Shown here piece by piece: positions 20,083 to 27,354 of a DNA stretch of 39,050 nt (position 1 is the stretch's first letter; every line of letters starts with the position of its first letter). The position numbers were made by a program, and so were the translations under genes. The notes beneath the pieces are model-generated. The model did not search any database. It saw nothing but the letters and a program-made list of their open reading frames with translations, and was not told where the DNA came from. Source of the DNA: a bacterium (GTDB lineage: Bacteria > Bacteroidota > Ignavibacteria > UBA10030); contig JAZDJN010000007.1 of assembly GCA_043803945.1 (NCBI GenBank), forward strand, positions 1-39,050. The letters run 5' to 3'.

Positions 20083-21293
20083 CGACGAATAAAGTTTGGA
20101 TAATTGAACCACGCGACCCTCTCATAGCCCGAGACGGAAAACCGTTCGGCATGGGTGCGAGCGCGACGACGTTGCCTTTTCCCTTTCCTTCGACCACGAC
20201 GGGCGGCGTTCGCACACGTGCCGGACTTACAAACGGCAGCTTTATTGATAGCGTGGGAGACCCGAACGAAAAATTGATACAAGAGGTTAAAAAAATTGCT
20301 GTACGCGGTGCGTTGTTGGTTGATTTGAATAAACAGGGCGAAATTGAAAACTGGTTTATGCCAGCACCATCGGATGCGTTACTGTTGGAGGACACGAGCG
20401 ACAAGAGTAAAGCGGAGGTCAAAAGACTTGTGCCGCTTAATATTCACAATGGCGCGACAAATCTCAAGCAAGAGCCCCACGAAAACGACGAGCTCGTCCC
20501 ACTTGGTTTGGTTGACTTCGATCCAAACAAGCCTTTTGGTGATGCTCCGCGTTTTTGGCGTTGGGATCGCTTCAAAAAGTGGTTGCTTGAACCGGAGAAG
20601 CTGACGGTCACTATTGACGTAAAAGAATTAGGGCATAACGGCGCGGTCGAAGATACTCGCACGCACGTGGCAATTGATCCGAACAGTTGGACATCGCTTG
20701 AAGGTCAGCTTTTTCAAACTCGAGGGCTTGAATTCACGCATAGCACAGGGAAAGGCCTTAACCACGCTCAACGACTTGGATTAGCCATAAACGTTGAAGA
20801 CCATCAACTGGCGCGGCAGATCAGAAGCGGACTAGCACCACTTGGTGGCGAACGGCGGATAGTTGCCTGGCGGGAAAGCAAGAAACAATTACCAGACGAA
20901 TGCTTGGGGAAAATTCAAGAAAAAGTTGCAATCGACAAAACTTGTCGTGTTGTGCTGCTGACACCTGCTTGCTTCATGCAAGGTTCAAGACCAACTTGGC
21001 TGCTCACACCTCAACATAACGTGACAGTCACATTGCAGTCAATAGCGACGGGGCGTGCGCAAGTTGTCTCTGGATGGGACTTTGAAATAAGAAAACCTAA
21101 GCCGACTCGCCGACTCGCGCCTGCTGGATCGGTGTATTTTCTTAAACTACAAGGCAAGGAGACTGACATCAAGACTTGGGTTGAGAAGACCTGGATGCAG
21201 TGTGTCAGTGATGAAGACCAAGACCGATGCGATGGCTTTGGGCTGGCAGTCGTCGGCGTGTGGGACGGGATACTTCACGAAATGAAGTTTTAA
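20079..21293 (+). CDS. cmr3: Cmr3 (Cas5 group)
   Basis: IEPRDPLIARDGKPF, PFPSTTTG, LGGERR, VSGWD, PAGSVYF, GFG. Confidence 0.93.
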   Translation: MTTNKVWIIEPRDPLIARDGKPFGMGASATTLPFPFPSTTTGGVRTRAGLTNGSFIDSVGDPNEKLIQEVKKIAVRGALLVDLNKQGEIENWFMPAPSDALLLEDTSDKSKAEVKRLVPLNIHNGATNLKQEPHENDELVPLGLVDFDPNKPFGDAPRFWRWDRFKKWLLEPEKLTVTIDVKELGHNGAVEDTRTHVAIDPNSWTSLEGQLFQTRGLEFTHSTGKGLNHAQRLGLAINVEDHQLARQIRSGLAPLGGERRIVAWRESKKQLPDECLGKIQEKVAIDKTCRVVLLTPACFMQGSRPTWLLTPQHNVTVTLQSIATGRAQVVSGWDFEIRKPKPTRRLAPAGSVYFLKLQGKETDIKTWVEKTWMQCVSDEDQDRCDGFGLAVVGVWDGILHEMKF

Positions 21294-21317
21294 TGAAATA
21301 GAAAGAGGTGAGGGACA

Positions 21318-22667
21318 ATGCGAACACTTCCAAAAATAGATGGCGCAATCGTTGCGCCAAAAGGTGAATTTATGCTGGATCTTTCCAAAGATTCGGACGG
21401 CAATGTGATTATCAAGCAAGAACGGAAGTACGAACTCATCACACCTCTGTATGGCGGAGGCGTTGAAGCAGGAAAGAACGACGACATCACAGCCATCAAT
21501 GGTAAAACTATCCGTGGGCATTTACGCTTTTGGTGGCGCTCAACCCGCGGCGGACAATTTGGCGGTAACTTAGAGGAAATGAAAAAGAGAGAAGCGGTAC
21601 TGTGGGGTGGCGCTTCCGGGGAGGATAAGCCATCGCCATCGAAGGTTCAGGTAGGAATTAAAGTTACAGAAAAAGGTAGCCCTATTCACCCTTTTGAAAC
21701 CAATGGTGGCTGGAGAAACTCGAGTCTGCTTTATGCCGCTTTTCCTTTACAGGAAACAAATCAAGCTGTTTCAGCAGGCATTAAGTTTACATTAATGATT
21801 TCTTACCCAATTGAAGAAAATTCCGAAATTGAAGCGGCACTTTGGGCATGGGATACTTTTGGTGGAATCGGTGCGCGTACTCGAAGGGGATTCGGGGCAT
21901 TGAAGCAAGGTACACTGTCTGCAAAGATTGTCAAACTTCAAGAGAGGATTACAGAGGATCTGAAAAAACATGTTCCGTTGGAAAATTGGCATAGAGACGT
22001 CCCTCATTTAAGCAAGAATCTATCCTTTGTCATCGTATCCAGAAAGCAGAAAGAGAACCGCGTTCCTTTTGATTCAGTAGATGAGGCTTGGGAACACCTA
22101 ATAAAAGAACTAAAGGATTTTCGCCAGAGCAGGAGCGGGCGACGATTCGGTAGGAGCAAGTGGCCCGAGCCAGAACAAATTAGACGAATAACGGGACAGC
22201 GTAATCGCCCAGAGGATCCCATACTATTGAGTGTGGAGAAGTTCCCGCGAGCCGTATTCGGCCTGCCAATCATCTTTCACTTCAAAGATGGTAACGAAGA
22301 GCCACCCTACAGCCCTGTGCATGATCCTATTGAAACAACTCTAAAAGGCGGGAAGTACTTAGAAGGGACAACTCCAAAATACCGGGAACGTCTTGCAAGC
22401 CCCCTGATTCTTCGTCCTCTTGCATGTGGAAACAATAAAGCGGTTGGATTAGCTGTTCTTCTCCAATCACCGCGTGTTCCACCAGAGGGACTACGCCTAA
22501 CTGGAGATCGTATCGACCCATCCGTGCAATCAAACTTGATCAAGACAGAAGCGTTAAAGATCGAGCCATTGAAACAGTTGGCAGTAAAGCTTAAGAAAGA
22601 TGATGACGAACTTGATGTGCTAGAAGCATTCATGGATATGTTGAGAAAAAAGGAGAACGACTTATGA
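21318..22667 (+). CDS. cmr1: Cmr1 RAMP
   Basis: LITPLYGGG, IRGHLRFWWR, GGIGARTRRGFG, FGLPI.F, RLASPL. Confidence 0.92.
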   Translation: MRTLPKIDGAIVAPKGEFMLDLSKDSDGNVIIKQERKYELITPLYGGGVEAGKNDDITAINGKTIRGHLRFWWRSTRGGQFGGNLEEMKKREAVLWGGASGEDKPSPSKVQVGIKVTEKGSPIHPFETNGGWRNSSLLYAAFPLQETNQAVSAGIKFTLMISYPIEENSEIEAALWAWDTFGGIGARTRRGFGALKQGTLSAKIVKLQERITEDLKKHVPLENWHRDVPHLSKNLSFVIVSRKQKENRVPFDSVDEAWEHLIKELKDFRQSRSGRRFGRSKWPEPEQIRRITGQRNRPEDPILLSVEKFPRAVFGLPIIFHFKDGNEEPPYSPVHDPIETTLKGGKYLEGTTPKYRERLASPLILRPLACGNNKAVGLAVLLQSPRVPPEGLRLTGDRIDPSVQSNLIKTEALKIEPLKQLAVKLKKDDDELDVLEAFMDMLRKKENDL

Positions 22668-23560
22668 ACGCACGATTGCTTTTCACACACACTCTCTCGC
22701 CCTTGCACGCAGGAACTGGCCAGGGCATCGGTGTTATCGATCTGCCGATTGCACGCGAGAAGGCGACGGGAATTCCATACTTGCCTGGTTCTTCGCTCAA
22801 GGGAACGTTGCGAGATCTTTGCATAGATTCAAACAAAGAGAAGGTCTACGGCCCTGACACCAACAAGGCGGACGAGCATGCAGGCTCAGCACAGTTTACC
22901 GACCAGAGGCTTTTGCTGCTACCTATTCGGAGCCTCGCAGGAACTTTTGCCTGGGTAACTTCTCCTTACCTGCTCAGACGTTTCCTCCGCGATGCCAAAG
23001 ATGCAGGTGTTTCCAATATTCCCCCCAGCTTGAACGTACCGTCAGTTAATGAGCAGGATTGCTACGTAGTTCAATCGTACGCTTTGAACACCCAACAAGT
23101 TCTGTGTAAACTTGTATTGCAGGTTGACTCGGCGCAAAAAGTAGTGCTTGAAGACCTCGACCTGGTGCCATCAGAAAATCCACAAGCCAACATATGGGCT
23201 CAACTAATCGCCCTGTATGTTTTCACGGACATAGATTGGCAGCGAATGGTCGGAGAACGCTTCTGCATCGTATCCGATGACGTGTTGAGTTTCCTGCTTG
23301 ACACTGCCACCGAGATCACGGCACGGATAAAGCTACAAGACGATGTTAAAACAGTGCAGAAGGGTGGTTTGTGGTACGAAGAAGCTCTGCCAACGGAGAC
23401 AATTCTATATGGCTTAGTTGTCGCAACGCCAATCCCGAATTCGGGAATGACGCACGACAACGTATTCACCGTGGTACGAGGTTCAATACAACCTGTTGTT
23501 CAATTGGGCGGCAAAGCAACGGTCGGCCGAGGACTTTGCCGTCTCCAATTGCAGGCATGA
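22664..23560 (+). CDS. cmr4: Cmr4 backbone RNase
   Basis: SPLHAGTG, IDLPIARE (catalytic Asp), PGSSLKG, LWYEEALP, QLGGKATVGRG. Confidence 0.95.
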   Translation: MNARLLFTHTLSPLHAGTGQGIGVIDLPIAREKATGIPYLPGSSLKGTLRDLCIDSNKEKVYGPDTNKADEHAGSAQFTDQRLLLLPIRSLAGTFAWVTSPYLLRRFLRDAKDAGVSNIPPSLNVPSVNEQDCYVVQSYALNTQQVLCKLVLQVDSAQKVVLEDLDLVPSENPQANIWAQLIALYVFTDIDWQRMVGERFCIVSDDVLSFLLDTATEITARIKLQDDVKTVQKGGLWYEEALPTETILYGLVVATPIPNSGMTHDNVFTVVRGSIQPVVQLGGKATVGRGLCRLQLQA

Positions 23561-23589
23561 GTTCGTTCATCGCGAAAGGATAGACAATT

Positions 23590-23997
23590 ATGCAAACACG
23601 AGACCAAAAATATGCCGCTAATATATTTAAGCAAGTGAAAGTGATTGATACACAGTGGCCTGAGAAGTCGCCGGATGAAAGTAAACGCAAGCAGTATGGT
23701 TCCATGGCACACACATTGCCTGTTCTCATTCGGTCTGCAGGACTTGCCCAAGCGCTGGCTTTTGTTGAGGCACGCGGCAAACAGCCTCATAAAGATTTGC
23801 TTGATCACCTAGCCAAAGTAATTATGGGTGAAACCAGCGATGGAACTATACTCTGTTATCAAAGCCGCACAGCGGGACTAAGCGAGTACAGGTTTTTGAC
23901 AAGCAAAGCAATGTCTGCCCTTGTGTGGTACAAACGGTTCGCTCAATCCGTGTTGGATGTTGATGCAAGCGAAGCGACCAACGAACCGGAAGATTAA
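23590..23997 (+). CDS. cmr5: Cmr5 small subunit
   Basis: YGSMAHTLPVLIRSAGLAQALAF, WYKRFAQS. Confidence 0.92.
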   Translation: MQTRDQKYAANIFKQVKVIDTQWPEKSPDESKRKQYGSMAHTLPVLIRSAGLAQALAFVEARGKQPHKDLLDHLAKVIMGETSDGTILCYQSRTAGLSEYRFLTSKAMSALVWYKRFAQSVLDVDASEATNEPED

Positions 23998-24014
23998 CTT
24001 TGAGAGGCAAGACT

Positions 24015-24776
24015 ATGAGCACGCGTAGAGAGCAACTCGAGACTATTAAGGTAAACCAGTGCATTGAACCACATACTGGCCTCTGGCTTGACAAATTCAT
24101 TTCCAACCAAGAGAAAGGAAAAGTGCGTAATGATTTTATTGCAGAAGTTGCTACGATATCTATTCCAAACTTTTATGGGCTATTCTTCAACCGATGGCAA
24201 ACAATGCTCGCTGACTACAAATGCGCTGGCTACGCTGCCCAGTCTCGCGAAGCAACTGTTTCAGGACGGATAGTTATCGGAATAGGCAACGAAAGCATTT
24301 TAGAAACAGCCGTAACATTACACCGCACCTATGGTGTGCCATACATACCCGGCAGCGCGTTGAAAGGCTTAGCGGCCAATTTTGCGAGACATTATTGCGG
24401 CGCAGATTGGAAGCAAGAAAGTGAGAATTATAAGATAGTCTTTGGTACTACCACTCAGGAGGGCTGTGTTGTTTTCTTCGATGGGCTGTACAAACCTGAT
24501 TCGGGTTTTGCTGGACGGCCTCTGCACCCAGATGTAATGACCGTGCATCATCAAGACTACTATATGGAAGCAAACATACCACCCGCTGACTGGGACGATC
24601 CAAAACCTATCCCATTCCTTTCGGTAACGGGAACATACCTCCTCGCGCTCGCTGCGTCAAAAGGGGGTGAGCAATGGTTGGAGGCATCGTTTGATATCCT
24701 CAAACCGGCGCTGAAAGAACTTGGCATTGGCGCTAAAACTTCGAGCGGGTATGGGAGAATGGATCTGGTGCCGTAG
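24015..24776 (+). CDS. cmr6: Cmr6 RAMP
   Basis: YGVPYIPGSALKG, DVMTVHH..YY, P.DWDDPKPIPFL, GIGAKTSSGYG. Confidence 0.93.
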   Translation: MSTRREQLETIKVNQCIEPHTGLWLDKFISNQEKGKVRNDFIAEVATISIPNFYGLFFNRWQTMLADYKCAGYAAQSREATVSGRIVIGIGNESILETAVTLHRTYGVPYIPGSALKGLAANFARHYCGADWKQESENYKIVFGTTTQEGCVVFFDGLYKPDSGFAGRPLHPDVMTVHHQDYYMEANIPPADWDDPKPIPFLSVTGTYLLALAASKGGEQWLEASFDILKPALKELGIGAKTSSGYGRMDLVP

Positions 24777-24825
24777 TCGAATGCCCGACATCCTGATAGG
24801 AACATTCAAATACAAGGAGTTTCGC

Positions 24826-25359
24826 ATGGACTGGTGGCAGAATATTGGCAACATCGCAAATATCATTCAAATCATCTCCGCAATACCCTTCTTCGTAGGT
24901 GCATGGCTGCTCTTCACTCGCGCCCGGCGGTATAAAAAGAAACTGCAAGAAACTGAGAGGACACTCACTGCCAAACCAATGGCATTAGTCTTATCGTTGA
25001 GCGGAATGGATATTACAGAGCAAGCAAAACAATGGCTTGAAAACAATATTGGAAAGATGGAAATTGTATCGTATCACAAACCGAATGGGGTCACAAAGGA
25101 AAACATCTCACTTTTGATGACAGACATTTTAATGCTAAAGTCGAAAATGACCAATGAGGGTGTAACAGAAGTACACCTTTTTCTTATGGCTCCAATCGCT
25201 TTCGGTGCAGCCGTTGGCGCTATTCTGGATAATTGGGTTCAAGTCAAGGTATATCATCTGAATCGTGAAAAGAATGAGTACGAATACTGGACTTACCTCC
25301 ATAAAGGATTCATTCCCGGCCTCGATGATTCTCTGCTGAAGGACATCGTAAGAGAATAG
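24826..25359 (+). CDS. CRISPR accessory protein: N-terminal TM helix plus single SAVED/CARF-like lobe (putative cOA-gated membrane effector)
   Basis: RBS AAGGAG before ATG 24826; hydrophobic segment at aa ~10-30; EVHLFLMAPIAFGAAVGAILDNWVQVKVYH resembles the SAVED C-lobe motif. Confidence 0.7.
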   Translation: MDWWQNIGNIANIIQIISAIPFFVGAWLLFTRARRYKKKLQETERTLTAKPMALVLSLSGMDITEQAKQWLENNIGKMEIVSYHKPNGVTKENISLLMTDILMLKSKMTNEGVTEVHLFLMAPIAFGAAVGAILDNWVQVKVYHLNREKNEYEYWTYLHKGFIPGLDDSLLKDIVRE

Positions 25360-25452
25360 CCTCTGTGTTCCTCTGTCTCTCTAACCACTATTTCAGCAAA
25401 AAAAAGGTTCTAGTTGCAATAGTTAAGCGCCACATTACTCAAGGATCGCACC

Positions 25453-26058
25453 ATGAATACCACAGCAATTGTAATTGAGCATCTTGTCATCGGAATTCAA
25501 ACCGCTTTGTGGATTGTGTGCGTAATTTTTGCAATATACGGCTATCAATGGATTCCGGTTCTTACGCTTCCTTCGCAACTGTTTGTTGTAATGCTTTCTC
25601 TGCTTGTGGTGTATCCACTGGGAGTATTCATTGACGAGGTCTCGGATCGAATGTTCCGCAATTGGAGCTTAAAGATACGAAGGAAATATGTGCATGACGA
25701 TAAGCAGACGGCATTTAAACTTCTCGTTAAGTTGAAAGACAGTCCCACGACCCTATACTTTCAGTATTTGCGGAGCAGGATTCGGATTGCTCGCTCGTCA
25801 ACAGTGAACATCCCTTTGTTGACGGTGGCTGTTATATTTTTAACGGTGCGCCAGTTTTCCTCAATACTCAGAGAGATGACGGCAGGTGTTGTTATAATCG
25901 AGGCAACTATTGGAGCTATCGTAACACTCCTGGCATTATTCTCGTGGCAGCGTGTCAGCGATACGTTTGCCAAACGGATTCAATGGGGTTTCGAGGCTCT
26001 CAAAGAACAGGGTGGCAGGATGCACCGACATGCCCAATTCACAAAAAGAACAAACTGA
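25453..26058 (+). CDS. Uncharacterised ~4-TM membrane protein in cas operon
   Basis: About four hydrophobic segments; YPLGVFIDEVSD and YLRSRIRIARS motifs; family not recognised. Confidence 0.7.
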   Translation: MNTTAIVIEHLVIGIQTALWIVCVIFAIYGYQWIPVLTLPSQLFVVMLSLLVVYPLGVFIDEVSDRMFRNWSLKIRRKYVHDDKQTAFKLLVKLKDSPTTLYFQYLRSRIRIARSSTVNIPLLTVAVIFLTVRQFSSILREMTAGVVIIEATIGAIVTLLALFSWQRVSDTFAKRIQWGFEALKEQGGRMHRHAQFTKRTN

Positions 26059-26080
26059 TATTTGGAAAGGATAATTCCCC

Positions 26081-26455
26081 ATGCTTCTCAACCTCTCTAA
26101 CCATCCTCTTGATAAATGGTCTGCAGAACAGCGCGAAGCGGCGGAGCAGCAGTTCGGTGCAGTAGAAGACATGCCTTTTCCGCAATTAGATCCGGGCGCC
26201 TCGCTCGAAGCAATCAATGCGGTTGTGGATGACTACCTCACAAAATGCACGGAGCGACTCAAGACGGCGAAAACCGATGCAGCCAATGCCATACACTTGA
26301 TGGGAGAGTATACGTTCAGTTACCAATTTCTTAAAAAGATGGAAGCGCTTGGCATTCCTTGTGTAGCGTCCACCACAGAGCGGATAGTAACAAATAATCC
26401 CGATGGCTCGAAAACAACGGTCTTCAAGTTTGTACAGTTTCGCCCGTACTTCTAA
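26081..26455 (+). CDS. Csx20-like stand-alone CARF protein (putative ring nuclease)
   Basis: NLSNHP..W..EQ, PFPQLDP, HLMGEYTF, STTER...DG....F.FV.FR.Y, resembling Csx20/Crn1-type small CARF proteins. Confidence 0.75.
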   Translation: MLLNLSNHPLDKWSAEQREAAEQQFGAVEDMPFPQLDPGASLEAINAVVDDYLTKCTERLKTAKTDAANAIHLMGEYTFSYQFLKKMEALGIPCVASTTERIVTNNPDGSKTTVFKFVQFRPYF

Positions 26456-26456
26456 A

Positions 26457-26549
26457 GTAGGTCGGGTCGCCCGCCTATCGGACGGGCAAGCTGACCCGAC
26501 CCGAATGGATCATGATACTTTACCTGACGGGACTGGCGTCCCGTCCTAC
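26457..26549. repeat. REP doublet (REPIN-like) upstream of RAYT
   Basis: GTAG-GTCGGGTCG[CCCGCCTATCGGACGGGCAA]GCTGACCCGACC ... GACGGGACTGGCGTCCCGTC-CTAC. Confidence 0.75.
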
Positions 26550-26550
26550 A

Positions 26551-27228
26551 ATGATGAATGAACCAAAAACATATTACCGTCGCCACTTACCACATTACCA
26601 GCCGGAGCATGGAATATTCCATGTTGTGTTTCGCTTGACAGGATCGCTGCCGGTCGAAGTTATCGAAGAACTTCGGCAAGAGCGAGAACAATGGGAGCGA
26701 AAAGCAAAGGAGGTAAAGGATGCAGGTGAACAACAGAAGCAGCTTACCCAAGTCCGTTGGGCATACTTCGAACGATTCGATACGCTCTTGGATGGAACCT
26801 CAAGTGGGCCGATGTGGCTTAAACAAACCGAAGCTGCAATCGTTGTTACGGAAGCGATTTGTCACCGCGACGGGAAAGAGTACGATCTGCTGGCCTATTG
26901 TATTATGCCCAACCACGTGCATTTGGTCTTTGAGCTTGTAGGTCGACTCGCTGAGTCGACCAGTACTAAAGATGGTCGAGACGGCGTCTCGACCTACATA
27001 GTCACTCAAATTCTTGAATCTCTCAAGAAGTACACCGCCTTGCGGGTTAATCGTGTCCTTCATCGTAGTGGAGCTTTTTGGCAACACGAAAGCTATGACC
27101 ATGTTATTCGAGATGAAGAAGAGCTGGAGAAAACGATATGGTATGTCTTACTCAATCCGGTAAAAGCGGGATTGGTGAAAGAATGGGAACAATGGAAATG
27201 GACATATTGTAAACCGGGTCTATTATAA
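26551..27228 (+). CDS. REP-associated tyrosine (Y1/HUH) transposase, RAYT
   Basis: YRRHLPH, YCIMPNHVHLV (HUH), FWQHESYDHVIRD, YVLLNPVKAGL. Confidence 0.9.
   Translation: MMNEPKTYYRRHLPHYQPEHGIFHVVFRLTGSLPVEVIEELRQEREQWERKAKEVKDAGEQQKQLTQVRWAYFERFDTLLDGTSSGPMWLKQTEAAIVVTEAICHRDGKEYDLLAYCIMPNHVHLVFELVGRLAESTSTKDGRDGVSTYIVTQILESLKKYTALRVNRVLHRSGAFWQHESYDHVIRDEEELEKTIWYVLLNPVKAGLVKEWEQWKWTYCKPGLL
26938..26997. repeat. REP doublet inserted in-frame inside the RAYT gene
   Basis: GTAGGTCGACTCGCTGAGTCGACC...GGTCGAGACGGCGTCTCGACCTAC (60 nt). Confidence 0.85.
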
Positions 27229-27254
27229 GTCGAGTCGCCTAATCAAATGAACTT

Positions 27255-27341
27255 GTAGGTCGACTCGCTGAGTCGACCAGCACTGAAAATGGTCGAGACA
27301 CCCCGCCTGAACGATTCAGTCGGATAAGCGTCTCGATTTAC
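27255..27341. repeat. Second copy of the REP doublet, downstream of RAYT, with nested insert
   Basis: GTAGGTCGACTCGCTGAGTCGACC...GGTCGAGAC[ACCCCGCCTGAACGATTCAGTCGGATAA]GCGTCTCGATTTAC. Confidence 0.8.
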
Positions 27342-27354
27342 AGTGAAAACATCT

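Noticed and set aside
24721-24825. Longer start for the TM-SAVED-like gene
   Set aside because: It overlaps cmr6, and a strong RBS precedes ATG 24826.
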